The notes: generated by a model from the sequence alone, not told the origin. Counted from the first letter of the stretch, positions 9,005 to 21,125 are shown. The stretch is DNA of 64,000 nucleotides from Candidatus Eiseniibacteriota bacterium (GCA_963702435.1 CAVPCR010000001.1:1440001-1504000), one strand, 5' to 3'. Made by a program: numbers and translations.

Positions 9005-11479
9005 CTACTTCATGAGCACCATCTTCCGAGTCGCCGACTGGCCGAGCGACTCGACGCGGTAGTAGTAGACGCCCGACGCCACCGACTGGCCCGCGTCGTC
9101 GACCCCGTTCCAGGCGATCGTCTTCACGCCCGCCGACTCGACGCCCTGGAAGAGCGTGCGCACGAGGCGCCCGGAGACGTCGAAGACGGTCACCGTCACC
9201 TCGCCCCGCGACGGCAGCGAGTAGGTGATCGTGGTCTGCGGGTTGAACGGGTTCGGCTGGTTCGGGCCCACGGCGAAGCGGACCGGCGCCGACGCGGCCG
9301 GTTCATCGATCGCCGACGATCCCTGGCGGGTGAGGAGCACGAGGTCGTCCACCGCCGCCTCGACGACCGAGCCGGACCCGAGGTCGCTGGCCTTGAAGCG
9401 GAGCCGCACCTGGTTCGGCGTGCCGAAGAGCGCGACCACGTCCACGAGCACGTTCACCCAGGTGTTCTGGAGGCTGTTCGGCGGGTTCACGTTCTCGACG
9501 CTCGTCCACGTCGTGCCGCCGTCGTTCGAGATGTCGACGACCCAGTTGTCGGCGTTCGGGGCGCCGCCCTGGTTGTTCGAGTACCAGCGCTCGTAAGAGA
9601 GCTTGCACATCTGGGTGTACTGGGAGAGGTCGTAGACCGGCGTGAGGAGCGTCGTCGTCCCGCCGTCCACGTCCGCGGCGCCGAGGCCGCCACCGGCGAC
9701 CCCCTGCCCGGTGACGTAGCACATGGTGCCGGGCGGCGGCGTGTAGTCGTCCTCGGGCTGCGCGGCCGTGCCGACGGGATCGACCCGGATCCAGATCCCG
9801 GCCGTGGCGTTGTCGCCCGGCGCGCCCACGGTCCAGCCCGACGCGGTCTCCAGCTCGTCCACCGCGGTCGCCACGTAGAACGCATGCAGGGTGGCCGGCG
9901 CGCCCGCCGGGATGGTGCTCTCGTAACCACTCGAGTTCCGGCTGTAGATGTAGTACTGAACCTGGGCATCGGCGATCTGCGCGGGCACGTCGGCCGCGTA
10001 GGTATCGGGCCCGATGCTCGTCATGTCCACCTGATTGAAGGCGCCGCCGTCGATCCGGTAGTAGAGCCGCGCCACGTCGAGCGTGCCCTCGTTGACGAAC
10101 ACATTGGCCGTCACCGGGTACGGATTCACATGATCCGTGGTCGAGTGGAGCACCGTGTGGGTCATGGTGAGGGCCGGCGCCTCCGCCATGGTCGCGATGA
10201 GCCCGACCGCGCTCTTCACCGAGTTCACGGCCAGGGTCGGCGAGTTGTAGCTCGTCCCGATCACGTCGTTCGTGGTGTGGATGTACGGGCTGTAGCTCCC
10301 CGTGTCCTCGAAGAAGAGGATCGCGTTGTAGCCGGCCGCCCAGAAGGAGGCGTGGTCGCTCGAGCCGCCGGTCAGCGCGCCGGTCACGATCGAGAAGCCC
10401 GGGTTGTAGAGATTGCCGGTCTGGATCACCAGGTCCCGGATCCACGCCGAGCTCGAGTTGGTGATGATGTCGAGGTCGAGGAGGTCGCCGCCGGCGAGGT
10501 ATCCGATCATGTCCACCTGGACCATGCCGATGATGTCGTCCCCGTTCGAGCGCGCCAGATTGGCGTAGGCCTCGCTCCCGAGTAGCCCCTGCTCCTCGCC
10601 CGAGAACCCGACGAGGGTGATCGTGTAGTCGTGCGGGTACTGGGTCAGGATGCGTGCGACCTCGAGCAGGCAGCCGACGCCCGAGGCGTCGTCATCGGCG
10701 CCGGGCTCGTTGCCCGCGCTGGACGAGTACGAGTCGTAGTGCGCGCCGAGGACCACGATCTGATCGGGGAAGCGCGTGCCCGGGATCGTGGCCACCACGT
10801 TGGGAGCGTAGGTCGCGCTCCAGGTCTGGAAGGAGACATCGGTGATGCCGAGAGCGCGGAACTGGTCCGAGATCCAGCGCCCCGCGGCCCGGCACGAGTC
10901 GGTCGACGAGCGGCGCGTGCGGAAGTTCTGGAGGCGGAGCACGGTGGCGTCGATGTTCGCCCCCGTGACCATGTTGACCATCTGCTGGATGGTGGGGTCG
11001 GGAACGAGGAGCTCGCGCCGCAGCTCCGGCTTCACGACCGGGGCGAGGCGTATCGGCCGGATGAAGACGCGCGCGATCTCGAAGTGGCCGGTCACGAGAT
11101 CGGCTTCCTCCGGCGTCGCCTCGATCACGGCGAGATCCGAGTCCGAATACAGAATTCGCACGCCGGGCACCCGCTCGGCGAGCGACGCCCCGCGCAGGTG
11201 CACGGTGTAGAAGGTCTTCCCGTCGATGCTCGGCGCGAGCACGGTCATGCGGAGGCCGAGCTCGTCGAGGAGCGCAAGCCGGTCCGGCCCGGCGACCACG
11301 AGGAGGTGGCTCTCGAAGTCGCGAACGACCATCACGTCCGCGGCGATGAGGGTCGCGGCGGTGCGCGCGTTCGGATTCTCGATGAGGATCAGGGATTCGC
11401 CGGGGAGCGGGGCGGAGGCGGCGGGAGAAGCGGCGGCGGCCAGCGCGGCCGCGAGGACGGCGATCAAAACAAGTCTCAT
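9005..11479 (-). CDS. Secreted M28 family metallopeptidase with C-terminal FlgD-Ig/T9SS-like domain
   Basis: Signal peptide; GAHYDS, GADDDASG, GEEQGL.GS, SDHASF; C-terminal NQPNPFNPQT...WNG.D..G..VASGVY. Confidence 0.9.
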   Translation of the reverse strand: MRLVLIAVLAAALAAAASPAASAPLPGESLILIENPNARTAATLIAADVMVVRDFESHLLVVAGPDRLALLDELGLRMTVLAPSIDGKTFYTVHLRGASLAERVPGVRILYSDSDLAVIEATPEEADLVTGHFEIARVFIRPIRLAPVVKPELRRELLVPDPTIQQMVNMVTGANIDATVLRLQNFRTRRSSTDSCRAAGRWISDQFRALGITDVSFQTWSATYAPNVVATIPGTRFPDQIVVLGAHYDSYSSSAGNEPGADDDASGVGCLLEVARILTQYPHDYTITLVGFSGEEQGLLGSEAYANLARSNGDDIIGMVQVDMIGYLAGGDLLDLDIITNSSSAWIRDLVIQTGNLYNPGFSIVTGALTGGSSDHASFWAAGYNAILFFEDTGSYSPYIHTTNDVIGTSYNSPTLAVNSVKSAVGLIATMAEAPALTMTHTVLHSTTDHVNPYPVTANVFVNEGTLDVARLYYRIDGGAFNQVDMTSIGPDTYAADVPAQIADAQVQYYIYSRNSSGYESTIPAGAPATLHAFYVATAVDELETASGWTVGAPGDNATAGIWIRVDPVGTAAQPEDDYTPPPGTMCYVTGQGVAGGGLGAADVDGGTTTLLTPVYDLSQYTQMCKLSYERWYSNNQGGAPNADNWVVDISNDGGTTWTSVENVNPPNSLQNTWVNVLVDVVALFGTPNQVRLRFKASDLGSGSVVEAAVDDLVLLTRQGSSAIDEPAASAPVRFAVGPNQPNPFNPQTTITYSLPSRGEVTVTVFDVSGRLVRTLFQGVESAGVKTIAWNGVDDAGQSVASGVYYYRVESLGQSATRKMVLMK

Positions 11480-11734
11480 GGTGTACTCCCGGTGGAAACT
11501 CCGCGGCCCCTCGGATCAGCCCTCTAGTCTATCATGACCATGTGAACTTTGCCAAGCATTGATTTGACAAGAACATAGAGTGACGCGCCACCTGCCGCGA
11601 ACCACTGTCGCGCCCGACGCCGGGCCCCGGAGGCCCGGCGCGGAGGCGCGGGGGGCGCAGGTTGACCCATCCCGCGGCCAGGGGCTAGCCTCCGCCATCC
11701 CTCCTTGCTCCGGGGCCCGACCCGTCACGAAACC

Positions 11735-13102
11735 ATGGACACGACCCACACGCGCGCCCTCGGCGAGATCCTCCCGCTCTGGTCGGCGCTGCCCTTCGCG
11801 GCGCTCCTCGGCGCGATCGCGATCGGGCCGCTCCTCGCGCCGCACTTCTGGCACCGCCACTACCCGAAGGTCGCGGGCGCCCTCGCGCTCGCCCTCGCCA
11901 TCCCCTTCCTCCTCGCCTACCGCGGCGAGGCCGCGCACGCGATCCTGCACACGGCCGCCATCGACTACATCCCGTTCATCCTCCTCCTGTGGGGCCTCTA
12001 CACGGTGGCCGGCGGGATCGTGCTTCGCGGCACCCTGACCGCGACCCCGGCCATCAACGCCGGCTTCCTCGCCTTCGGCGCCCTCATCGCCTCCGCGATG
12101 GGGACGACCGGCGCGTCGATGCTCCTCATCCGCCCGGTGCTCCGCGCCAACGCCTGGCGCACGCACCAGTCGCATGTGGTCATCTTCTTCATCTTCCTCG
12201 TCGCCAACATCGGCGGCTCGCTCACCCCGCTCGGGGATCCGCCGCTCTTCCTCGGATTCCTGCACGGGCTCTCCTTCTTCTGGACCCTCCGGCTCCTCCC
12301 GATCACGACCTTCGTCGTGCTCCTGGTCCTCGCCGTCTTCTACCTCCTCGATCGGCGGTACTACGCGCGCGAGCGAGCGCGCCTCGTTGCCCATCGCGCC
12401 GCCGCCCCGGCGCGCGAGCCGCTTGGCATCGCCGGCACGCACAACTTCCTCTATCTCGCCGGCATCGTGGGCGCCGTGCTCCTTTCGGGGCTGTGGCACG
12501 CCGGTTCGCTCGAGGTGCTCGGAGTCGAGGTCGAGCGGGCCGGCCTCGCGCGGGACGCGCTCATCCTGCTCATGGGAATCCTGTCGCTCGCAACGACGCC
12601 GCGGGATCTCCGGCGCGCGAACGGCTTCACCTGGGCCCCGATCAGCGAGGTAGCCATCCTCTTCGCCGCCATCTTCATGACCATCATCCCGGCGCTCGCC
12701 ATCCTCAAGGCGGGCACCCAGGGTGCGCTGGGGCCGCTGCTCCGGAACGTGGCCGAGCCGGCGCACTACTTCTGGCTCACCGGAACCCTCTCGTCCTTCC
12801 TCGACAACGCGCCGACCTATCTCACCTTCCTCAACTCGCTCCTCGGACGCTTCTATGTGGGCGTGCCCGAGGCGGTCGCCATCGATCAGCTGGGCGCGGT
12901 GCGGACGATCTACCTCGAAGCGGTCGCGGCGGGGGCGGTCTTCATGGGCGCCAACACCTACATCGGGAACGCGCCCAACTTCATGGTCAAGTCGATCGCC
13001 GAGGAATCGGGGGTGGCGATGCCGTCCTTCATCGGCTACATGGGCTGGTCCGTCGCGATCCTCGTCCCGATCTTCATCGTGACGACATGGATCTTCTTCT
13101 GA
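11735..13102 (+). CDS. Putative Na+/H+ antiporter (IT superfamily)
   Basis: Polytopic membrane protein; GTTGASMLL, ANIGGSLTPLGDPPLFLG, SSFLDNAPTY, TYIGNAPNFMVK. Confidence 0.85.
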   Translation: MDTTHTRALGEILPLWSALPFAALLGAIAIGPLLAPHFWHRHYPKVAGALALALAIPFLLAYRGEAAHAILHTAAIDYIPFILLLWGLYTVAGGIVLRGTLTATPAINAGFLAFGALIASAMGTTGASMLLIRPVLRANAWRTHQSHVVIFFIFLVANIGGSLTPLGDPPLFLGFLHGLSFFWTLRLLPITTFVVLLVLAVFYLLDRRYYARERARLVAHRAAAPAREPLGIAGTHNFLYLAGIVGAVLLSGLWHAGSLEVLGVEVERAGLARDALILLMGILSLATTPRDLRRANGFTWAPISEVAILFAAIFMTIIPALAILKAGTQGALGPLLRNVAEPAHYFWLTGTLSSFLDNAPTYLTFLNSLLGRFYVGVPEAVAIDQLGAVRTIYLEAVAAGAVFMGANTYIGNAPNFMVKSIAEESGVAMPSFIGYMGWSVAILVPIFIVTTWIFF

Positions 13103-13151
13103 GCTGGCGCGGCGAGAGGGGCGGGCAGGAGAGCTGCGCGGCACGGCGCGA

Positions 13152-13823
13152 TCAGAACTCGCCGCCCAGGCCGATCATGTAGTAGTCGTCGTCGCTGTCC
13201 CACACGTTGAACGCGTAGAAGGAGAACGTCGCGTTGCGGTAGCCCGTGTACAGTGTGAGCGCGGCATTCACGTCGCCGGCGAGGGCGCGCAGGCGGTTGC
13301 GCTCGATGGTGATCCCGGCCGCGAAGGGCGGCCGCGGCGTGTAGAGCCACTCGGACCAGCTGTAGAAGAAGCTCTCATCGCCGTCCTCGATATCGAACAG
13401 GTACTCGGCGCTCGTCGAGAACGAGAAGCGCCGCCAGCCGAGGTCGGCGTTGAGCCCGGGCGCGAATCCGCGGGTCCGCCCGAACACCCCGCCCGCGAGC
13501 GGGGCGACCCACCAGGTGAGCTCGTCGCCGCCTTCGCCGCCGACCTCGCCCTCGAAGGTGCGCCCGAACCACACCGAGCCGGTCTCGAGATCCTCGTACT
13601 GATAGCGACCTTCAGCGTACAGCCGGCCCCGTGTGATGGACGCCAGCGGGGTGAGGTAGGTCAGGTCCGGGACCATGTTCACGTAGAGGCCGGCGGTGAT
13701 GGACTCCGCATCGGCGTCGGCACGCGCAGTCGCCGGGAAGGCCGCGGTCAGGGCCGATCCGAGAACCGCGGCGAGAAGGAAGGCGGCGTGCACGCGCCGC
13801 GGCGAGCCGGATCGTGCACGCAT
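13152..13823 (-). CDS. Hypothetical outer-membrane beta-barrel-like protein
   Basis: Signal peptide, alternating aromatic strands, terminal Phe; ATG overlaps the upstream stop. Confidence 0.65.
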   Translation of the reverse strand: MRARSGSPRRVHAAFLLAAVLGSALTAAFPATARADADAESITAGLYVNMVPDLTYLTPLASITRGRLYAEGRYQYEDLETGSVWFGRTFEGEVGGEGGDELTWWVAPLAGGVFGRTRGFAPGLNADLGWRRFSFSTSAEYLFDIEDGDESFFYSWSEWLYTPRPPFAAGITIERNRLRALAGDVNAALTLYTGYRNATFSFYAFNVWDSDDDYYMIGLGGEF

Positions 13824-14233
13824 CAATGCGCCCTCCGCTTCTTGTACTCGAGCAGGTAGAGATTCCGCGAGTAGACGAGTACGCCGAAGACCTGGCCCGC
13901 CATCCCCACCGGATCGCCGCGGCGCAGGAAGTAGAAGAAGAGGGCGGCCCCGCCGACCAGGCTGAGCACCCAGAAACCGCGCGGGACGATGCTCTCCTTG
14001 GCGCGCTCGGAGGCGATCCACTGGATCAGGAAGCGCAGGCCGAACACGCCCTGGGCGGCGAAGCCGAAGACGAGCCAGGCCGTCGAGAGGCCGGTGTCGC
14101 GCGGATCGGCCGCCGGCCCCGGAGCGCCGGCCTGGAGCGCCGCGGGGAGGCCGAGCGCGCACAGCACGCACAGCGCGCACAGCACGCCGAGAAGCGGAAC
14201 GGCCGTCGCCCGATGCAGCACTTTCGCGTTCAT
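13823..14233 (-). CDS. Lipid A biosynthesis N-terminal (LAB_N) domain membrane protein
   Basis: GFAAQGVFGLRFLIQWIASERAKESIVPRGFW motif. Confidence 0.85.
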   Translation of the reverse strand: MNAKVLHRATAVPLLGVLCALCVLCALGLPAALQAGAPGPAADPRDTGLSTAWLVFGFAAQGVFGLRFLIQWIASERAKESIVPRGFWVLSLVGGAALFFYFLRRGDPVGMAGQVFGVLVYSRNLYLLEYKKRRAH

Positions 14234-15003
14234 GGCTCGCTCCGCCGGGACGCCGCGTCACCGTGTTCGTCGCTCTCGGTCACTGATTCCACCGCCTTCC
14301 ATACGCGCTGCCGGGAGACGAGCCAGCGCACGCCGAAGAGGTCAGCGATGCCGGCCCTGAGACGATTGTGGATCCCGTACTTGCTCTGCCCTGCTTGCCG
14401 GGCCCGATGCGACACCGGGATCTCGGTCACCGTGAAGCCGCGCATGGCAACGAGCGTCGGCAGGAACCGATGCATGCCGTGGAAGTAAGGCACGGCGAGC
14501 GCCGCTTCGCGTCGGAGCACCCGGGTCGAGCAGCCGACGTCGGTCACGCGGTCGCCGACGATCCAGTTGCGCGCGGTGTTGGCGATGCGGGACGTCACGC
14601 GGCGAACCACACCGTCATGGCGGGCGACGCGGATCCCGTTCACCATGTCGAACCCGTAACGAGCGGCGTGGTCGAGCTGGCCGAGGAGGTCGCGCGGATC
14701 GTTCTGGCCGTCGCCGTCGAGCGTGGCGATCCAGGTTCCGCGCGCGGCGACGAACCCGGCCGCGAGGGCCGCCGATTGCCCGCGGTTCCGGTGCAGGCGG
14801 ACGAGCCGGTGTGGAGCGGGGAGCGCGGCGACCCGCGCCGCCGTGCCGTCGGTCGAGCCGTCATCCACCCACACCACCTCCCAGGGAAAGGGCACGCCGG
14901 CGAAGGCCATCCCGATGTCCGCCGCCAGCAGGGGGACGCTGTCCTCCTCGTTGCAGACCGGGATCACGATGCTGAGATGAGTCGAGTCGAGAATCATGGG
15001 CAT
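14230..15003 (-). CDS. GT2 polyprenol-phosphate glycosyltransferase (ArnC/DPM1-like)
   Basis: SIVIPVCNEE, VDDGSTD, RNRGQSAAL, LDGDGQNDP, GMHRFLP. Confidence 0.9.
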   Translation of the reverse strand: MPMILDSTHLSIVIPVCNEEDSVPLLAADIGMAFAGVPFPWEVVWVDDGSTDGTAARVAALPAPHRLVRLHRNRGQSAALAAGFVAARGTWIATLDGDGQNDPRDLLGQLDHAARYGFDMVNGIRVARHDGVVRRVTSRIANTARNWIVGDRVTDVGCSTRVLRREAALAVPYFHGMHRFLPTLVAMRGFTVTEIPVSHRARQAGQSKYGIHNRLRAGIADLFGVRWLVSRQRVWKAVESVTESDEHGDAASRRSEP

Positions 15004-15134
15004 GGGTGCTGAGCGTGCGGGCCGGGCAGCGGGTCCGCGGAACGCGACGCTCGCCGTAGGTTATCATCGTCGCGATCCCGGTGCCAGACGCGCAGCCGCC
15101 GCCGGGCGCCGGTCCCGCACAGGAGAGAAGGACC

Positions 15135-15716
15135 ATGGCAGATCGCTACCACCACCTCCTGATCGATGGCCCCCGGGGCTGGACGCTCGGGTTCATCCAC
15201 GGCTATCTGCGCGGCGCGCGGGCGGCGACCATGCCGCTCGATGCCGAGGCGGAGGGAGTCGCCTGCGAGCACCTCCGCGAGCGGCTGCGCGAGCTTCTCG
15301 AGCCCGGGCGAGAGATCCTGCATCTGCTCGCCGGAGAGGACGAGATCGCGCGCGTGCGGGAGGCGCTCGTCGACCCCGAGGCCGTCGCGCGGGGCGTCGG
15401 GCTCAAGGAGGCCCTGCCGGTCGCAGGGGCGGCGTTCGAGTTCTCGCTCCGCATCTACTCGCGAGAGCATGCAGCACAGGTCCGTGAGCTCTTCGCTCAC
15501 CTGCCGCCGGGCGTCGAGCTCACGAGCGACACGTCGTTCCAGGAGATCCTCGATCCGGAAGCCGCCGGCGCCCACTCGATGGCGCCCGCGCACGGCTTCG
15601 AGCTCCGCGGAGAGGGATCGGCCGCCGGGCCGCTCAACGGCATCCTCGTGCTGCATCGCGCCTGCCGCGACCTCGAGCTCGTCAAGGAGCGGCCGATCCG
15701 GCTGCGCTACGAGTGA
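15135..15716 (+). CDS. Hypothetical protein
   Basis: GAAGGA SD; protein-like composition filling the intergenic space. Confidence 0.6.
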   Translation: MADRYHHLLIDGPRGWTLGFIHGYLRGARAATMPLDAEAEGVACEHLRERLRELLEPGREILHLLAGEDEIARVREALVDPEAVARGVGLKEALPVAGAAFEFSLRIYSREHAAQVRELFAHLPPGVELTSDTSFQEILDPEAAGAHSMAPAHGFELRGEGSAAGPLNGILVLHRACRDLELVKERPIRLRYE

Positions 15717-15767
15717 GCGCCGGCTCGCCGGACGAGGGCGGCCCGCGCTCACGCCGAGCGCCCGCGC

Positions 15768-18700
15768 TCACGCCGTGCGGCCGAGGTAGGCGCGCAGCCG
15801 GGGCGGGACGCGCCGCCGGATGAGCGCGGCAGCCGCCGCCGCGCGGTCCGCCGGTTCGAGATCGACGAGGAAGGTCACCGCACGCGCGACGCGCACCGCG
15901 ACCGGCACTCCGTCGCGGAAGAGGAGCCGATTCCCGGCCCGCACCGGCAGGCGCTCACCGGGCGTGACCACCCCGATCAGGTTGAGCGGATCGGCAGCGC
16001 TCACCGCGACGAGCTCACCGCGCCTCGGCTCGCGCCTGAGCGCCCGCAACAGGCCGACCGCATCGGGCAGCGCGTACTGCTCGCCGGCGAATCCGGCCAC
16101 GAAGCGGCCGCCGCGGATCTCGCCGCGCGCCTCGAGACGGCGGTAGACACGGAGGAGATCGCGCCACGGCGGGAGCGCGCTCTCGCGCTCGACGAGCCGC
16201 CGGAAGACGATGCCGTAGCGCCGGAGGAGCGCCAGCGCGATGGTCTCGGCGGGGGATTCCGTGCCGGTGTGCGGCTCGGCGGCGGTCGCTCCCGCATCAC
16301 GTCGCAGCCGCGTCCAGCGCCCTGCGCTCTCCATGCCGAAGACGGCCACCCGCCCGCGCCGCCGCCGCCCGCCGAGCGGCGGACGCTCCGCGGATGGCGT
16401 CAGGAGCGCGCGCAGTCCGGTGAAGCTGTCGGCGGTCGCGAGCCCGTGCGCGACGAGCTCCGCGAGCGCCGCCTCGACCTGCGTGCGCAGGAGCCCCGCT
16501 CCGCGCCCGATCTCGGCGAAGAAGGACGCGCCGTCCCGCGTCAGGTGCTCGAGCGTGCGGCGCGCCTGCGGCGTGAGTGGAACCTCGTCGGGTGCCGCGG
16601 CGAGGGCGTCGCGCCATGCGGCCAGATGCTCGCGCGCGAGAAGCGTGATCGGCGTGGCGCGCACCGGCGCGATCGCGCGCCGGCGCGGAGCGGTCGCTCC
16701 GTCCCCTCCGTCCGCCCCGCTTGCTCCGCTCGCTCCCTTCGCGCCGCCGTTCCCGCGCGGCGGCGTGAGACGGAGCCAGGTCAGGCGCCCGGAGAGACAG
16801 AGGCCGTCGAGCCACAGGGGATCGTACTCGACGAGGCGAGCCGGCAGGAGATCGGACTCCCACGCCGCGGCCGGCGCCTCGAAGCCCGCGAGCTGCTCGA
16901 CGATCGCGGCGAGCGCCTCCGGCCCTTCCCCGCGCCGCTCGGGCACGACGCGCTGCCAGGCGAGGAGGAAGCGCATGAAGTCGGCGCTCGCCACCGGCTC
17001 GATCTCGCTCCGGAGGCGGTTCAAGGTGTAGCGATGGATGCGCGCGAGGAGCCGCCGCTCGCACCATTCGATGCCGCGATCGGCGGCGCCGGCGGCACCG
17101 TCTCCGGCGCCGGCACCGTCTCCGGCGGCCGCCGGCGTGAAGCGGCCGCGGAGAACGAAGCCCTCGCCCTCGAGCGCGATGAGCGCCTGCTCGACCGCCG
17201 CCGTCTCGAGGCCGGCGGACACGGCGAGGTCCGCGGCCGTGATCGGCCCGACGCTCTCGAGCCGCCCGCGCACGATCTCGACGAGCGCCTCCTCGCGCGA
17301 CCACGCGCGCGCGGCGAACTCGGCGGGTGCTGCGATCGGGGGCGCGAGCGGCGCCGCGGGGTGGATCGCGCAAAGCTGCGGCAACCGCTCGGCGGCGACC
17401 CAGAGCGGCGCGGCGCCCGGCGCCGGCGTGAGCCGCGTCGCGCGGCGGGCGGCGACGAGCTCGTCGAGGAAGCCGGCCCACCCACCCGCTCGCCCCTCCT
17501 CCTCGCCGATGAAACCGAGGAGCGAGAGCGCGTCGTGCAGCTCGTCCGCGTGCTCGGCCGCGGGCCAGGCCTCGCCGCGCACGCGCTCGATCGCGCTCGC
17601 ATCGAGGGCGCCGAGATCGGAAGCGGTCTCCGGATCGAGCCAGCGCCGGCTCATGACCGCCTGCGTGCGCCGCTCCTCGAGCGGCGCGTCGTCGAGAAAC
17701 GCGTAGGGGCGCGCCGAGAGGATCTCCTGCGCGAGCGGCGACGGCTCGGTCAGGTCGCGCGCCACGAGCCGCCGCTCGCCGCGCTCGATCGAGGCGAGAA
17801 GCGCCTCCAGCGCGTCGATGTCCATCGCCTCGACCAGGCAATCACGGACGGTCTCCGCGACCAGCGGATGGTCGGGCACCGGGAGCGGCCCCGGCGGCAG
17901 GTTCTCGAAGCAGGCCACCTGATCGGGAAAGACGAGCGCGAGGAGATCGTCGGCGTCCATCCGCTGGAAGCGCGGCGGCACCTTCTTCCCGCCGCGGAAG
18001 CGGAGGATGGCGAGGGCGCGCGTCGCGTTCCAGCGCCAGCGCGTCTGGAACATGGGCGCGGCGAGGAGCGCCTGCACGAGGACATCGCGCACCGTGGCCG
18101 CCGAGAGATACTGGAACACCGATTCGAGCGGGAAGCTGTGCGTCGGCCCGAGCGAGAGCACGATCGCATCCTCGGTCGCCGCCGCCTGCAGCTCGAAGTT
18201 GAAGCGCTGGCAGAAGCGCTTGCGGAGCGCGAGGCCCCAGGCGCGATTCAAGCGGCTCCCGAAGGGCGAGTGCACGACGAGCTGCATGCCGCCCGCCTCG
18301 TCGAAGAAGCGCTCGAGGACGAGCGTGTCCTGGGTCGGCATCACGCCGAGCGCGGCGCGCGCCGCGGTGAGATAGTCGGCCACCTGCTCCGCCGCCGCGG
18401 GTCCAACGCCGGGCTCGCTCGCGACGAGCGCGGCGACGCGGTCGCGGCCACTCTCGCCTTCGCGCCCGCCCTTGCCCGCGAGGGCCGCCTCGACCTCCGC
18501 GCGGAAGCGCGACACCGCCGCCGACAGCTCCGCCGTCCGCCCCGGCGCCTCGCCGAACCAGAACGGGATGGTTGGCGGCTGGCCCTGCGCGTCCTCCACC
18601 CGCACCCGCCCGGGCTCGATGCGCGCGATCCGCCAGGAAGCGTTGCCGAGCTGGAAGATGTCGCCGGCCATGCTCTCGATCGCGAAGTCCTCGTTGACCG

Positions 18701-20294
18701 TGCCGACGAGGGTGCCGGCCGGATCGAGGATCACCTCGTAATCGGCGGTGTCGGGGATGGCGCCGCCCGAGGTGATGGCGGTCAAGCGCGCCCCGCGCCG
18801 CCCGCGCAGGCGACCGTTCACCGCGTCGCGATGGATGTACGCCCCGCGCCGCCCGCGCCGGGTGGCGAAGCCCTCGGCGAGCATGCGCACGACCTCGTCG
18901 AAGCGCGTGCGCTCGAGCGCGCGGTACGGATGCGCGCGGCGGACCAGCGCGAAGAGGTCGTCCTCCGTCCACTCCTCGCAGGCGGTCGCGGCCACGATCT
19001 GCTGCGCGAGGATGTCGAGCGGCTCCTCGGGGATGCGCACGCGGTCGAGCTCGCCGCGCCGGACCGCGGCGAGGAGCGCCGTGCACTCGACGAGCTCGTC
19101 GCGGCTCGTCGGGAAGAGGCGCCCCTTCGGGAGGCCGCGGAGCTGATGGCCGGAGCGCCCGACCCGCTGCAGGAAGGTCGCGATCGAGCGGGTCGAGCCG
19201 ATCTGGCAGACGAGATCGACCGCGCCGATGTCGATCCCGAGCTCGAGCGACGAGGTGGCGACGAGCGCCTTGAGCGAACCCGCCTTGAGACGCTGCTCCG
19301 CATCGAAGCGCTGCTCGCGGGCCAGGCTCCCGTGATGCGCGGTCACGTGCTCGGCGCCCAGCCGCTCGCTCAGGTGGCGGCTCAGCCGCTCGGCGAGACG
19401 GCGCGTGTTGACGAAGACGATGGTCGTCCGGTGCGCCGCGATGAGCTCGGCGAGGCGATCGTAGACCTCGGCCCACACTTCCGCCGACATCACGGCCTCG
19501 AGCGGGGAGCGCGGGATCTCGAGCGCGATGTCGAGCGCCCGCCGGTGGCCGGCGTCCACGATCGTGCAGTCGGGGGCTGCGCCCGTGACTGATTCCCCGG
19601 CGCCGACGAGGAAGCGCGCGATCTCCTCGATCGGGCGCTGGGTGGCGGAGAGACCGATGCGCGTGAGCGGGCGTGCCGTTCCATCGCTCGCGCGCCGCGC
19701 GGCGGCCAGGGCCGCGAGCCGCTCGAGCGAGAGCGCCAGGTGCGAGCCGCGCTTGTCGCGGACGAGCGCGTGGATCTCGTCGACGATGACCGTGTGCGCC
19801 GTCCCGAGCATCCGCCGCCCGCGCTCGCTCGTGAGGAGGATGTAGAGCGACTCGGGGGTGGTCACGAAGAGATGCGGCGGCCGCTCGACCATCCGCTGGC
19901 GCGCGGCGGCCTTGGTGTCGCCGGTGCGGACATCGGTGCGGATCGCCACCTCCGGGAGACCCATCGCCACAAGCTCGCGCTCGATCGCGGCGAGCGGCTC
20001 CACGAGGTTCCGCTGGATGTCGTTCGAGAGCGCCTTGAGCGGCGACACGTAGACGACCTGCGTCTCGTCGGGGAGCGCGCCGCCCGCGGCGATGCCCTGG
20101 CGCACGAGGCCGTCGATCGCCGCGAGGAAGGCGGCGAGCGTCTTCCCGGAGCCGGTGGGCGCGGCGATGAGCGTGTTCCGGCCGGCCTGGATCGCGGGCC
20201 AGCCGCGCGCCTGCGGCTCGGTCGGCGCGCCGAGCTCGCGCGCGAACCAGCGCGCGACGGCGGGATGGAAGGTCGCCAGGGCGTCGGCGGTCAT
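15768..20294 (-). CDS. lhr: Lhr-type SF2 ATP-dependent helicase
   Basis: [44 protein letters not shown] and a long C-terminal region. Confidence 0.92.
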   Translation of the reverse strand: MTADALATFHPAVARWFARELGAPTEPQARGWPAIQAGRNTLIAAPTGSGKTLAAFLAAIDGLVRQGIAAGGALPDETQVVYVSPLKALSNDIQRNLVEPLAAIERELVAMGLPEVAIRTDVRTGDTKAAARQRMVERPPHLFVTTPESLYILLTSERGRRMLGTAHTVIVDEIHALVRDKRGSHLALSLERLAALAAARRASDGTARPLTRIGLSATQRPIEEIARFLVGAGESVTGAAPDCTIVDAGHRRALDIALEIPRSPLEAVMSAEVWAEVYDRLAELIAAHRTTIVFVNTRRLAERLSRHLSERLGAEHVTAHHGSLAREQRFDAEQRLKAGSLKALVATSSLELGIDIGAVDLVCQIGSTRSIATFLQRVGRSGHQLRGLPKGRLFPTSRDELVECTALLAAVRRGELDRVRIPEEPLDILAQQIVAATACEEWTEDDLFALVRRAHPYRALERTRFDEVVRMLAEGFATRRGRRGAYIHRDAVNGRLRGRRGARLTAITSGGAIPDTADYEVILDPAGTLVGTVNEDFAIESMAGDIFQLGNASWRIARIEPGRVRVEDAQGQPPTIPFWFGEAPGRTAELSAAVSRFRAEVEAALAGKGGREGESGRDRVAALVASEPGVGPAAAEQVADYLTAARAALGVMPTQDTLVLERFFDEAGGMQLVVHSPFGSRLNRAWGLALRKRFCQRFNFELQAAATEDAIVLSLGPTHSFPLESVFQYLSAATVRDVLVQALLAAPMFQTRWRWNATRALAILRFRGGKKVPPRFQRMDADDLLALVFPDQVACFENLPPGPLPVPDHPLVAETVRDCLVEAMDIDALEALLASIERGERRLVARDLTEPSPLAQEILSARPYAFLDDAPLEERRTQAVMSRRWLDPETASDLGALDASAIERVRGEAWPAAEHADELHDALSLLGFIGEEEGRAGGWAGFLDELVAARRATRLTPAPGAAPLWVAAERLPQLCAIHPAAPLAPPIAAPAEFAARAWSREEALVEIVRGRLESVGPITAADLAVSAGLETAAVEQALIALEGEGFVLRGRFTPAAAGDGAGAGDGAAGAADRGIEWCERRLLARIHRYTLNRLRSEIEPVASADFMRFLLAWQRVVPERRGEGPEALAAIVEQLAGFEAPAAAWESDLLPARLVEYDPLWLDGLCLSGRLTWLRLTPPRGNGGAKGASGASGADGGDGATAPRRRAIAPVRATPITLLAREHLAAWRDALAAAPDEVPLTPQARRTLEHLTRDGASFFAEIGRGAGLLRTQVEAALAELVAHGLATADSFTGLRALLTPSAERPPLGGRRRRGRVAVFGMESAGRWTRLRRDAGATAAEPHTGTESPAETIALALLRRYGIVFRRLVERESALPPWRDLLRVYRRLEARGEIRGGRFVAGFAGEQYALPDAVGLLRALRREPRRGELVAVSAADPLNLIGVVTPGERLPVRAGNRLLFRDGVPVAVRVARAVTFLVDLEPADRAAAAAALIRRRVPPRLRAYLGRTA

Positions 20295-20464
20295 CTCGAT
20301 TCCGGGTTCGGGTGGGCGATGGCGGCCGCCGAGCGGATACGGCGCGCTGCCGCGGCGGAGAGCGGCCGCTGCTCCCCGGGGGGACCACCAGTGTACCCGA
20401 TGCCACCCGATCGCGCCGCCATGCTAGGCTTCCGGCCTGTACTACCAAGGGAGGGGGAGAACCC

Positions 20465-21088
20465 ATGTCCAACCGACTCCGCATGACAGCCGCATCGCTC
20501 CTCGCCGTCCTGCTCGCACTCGGCTGCGGCACGGGCACCGAGCTCGTCGGTACCTGGCGCGACCCCACGTATACTGGAAAGCCGATTACGAGCGCGATGG
20601 TCATCGGTATCGCCCGCGTCGAGGACAACCGGAAGTTCTTCGAGAACGAGGTCGCGGCCCAGCTCCGGGGCCACGGCGTGCGCGCGGTGACGAGCTACTC
20701 GGTGTTGCCGGCCGGCGAGATGACCAAGGACCAGATCGTCGCGGCGGTCAAGGACGCGGGCGTCGAGGCCGTGCTCCTGACCCGCGTGAAGAATGTCGAC
20801 ACCACGATGACGTTCGTGGAAGGAAGCTCGTACGTCGTTCCCCAGTCCTCTTACAACGGCTACTACAACCAGTACTACCAGACCTACCAGACGGTGAACG
20901 AGCCGGGGTACGAGGACCAGGCCCTGACCGTCGTCCTCGAGAACAATCTCTACGCGGTTGCCGGCGAGAAGCTCCTGTGGAGCGCCACCTCGGAGACCTT
21001 CGATCCACAATCGACGGACGACGCGGTCAAGTCGATCGCCGGCGCCCTGGTGGAGGATCTCAAGAAGCAGGGGCTCGTTACCAAGTAG
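20465..21088 (+). CDS. Lipoprotein (DUF4136-like)
   Basis: GGAGGGGGAG SD, LALGC lipobox, KLLWSATSETF motif. Confidence 0.75.
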   Translation: MSNRLRMTAASLLAVLLALGCGTGTELVGTWRDPTYTGKPITSAMVIGIARVEDNRKFFENEVAAQLRGHGVRAVTSYSVLPAGEMTKDQIVAAVKDAGVEAVLLTRVKNVDTTMTFVEGSSYVVPQSSYNGYYNQYYQTYQTVNEPGYEDQALTVVLENNLYAVAGEKLLWSATSETFDPQSTDDAVKSIAGALVEDLKKQGLVTK

Positions 21089-21125
21089 CCGCCGCTCCGC
21101 CGCTGCCGCGAGATGCAGCAAAGCA

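Noticed and set aside
16269..19592. Very long antisense or alternate-frame ORFs (1107 aa opposite lhr, 780 aa opposite katG, 957 aa at 59828)
   Set aside because: Shadow ORFs caused by high-GC codon bias; no recognisable motifs, and they overlap well-supported genes.
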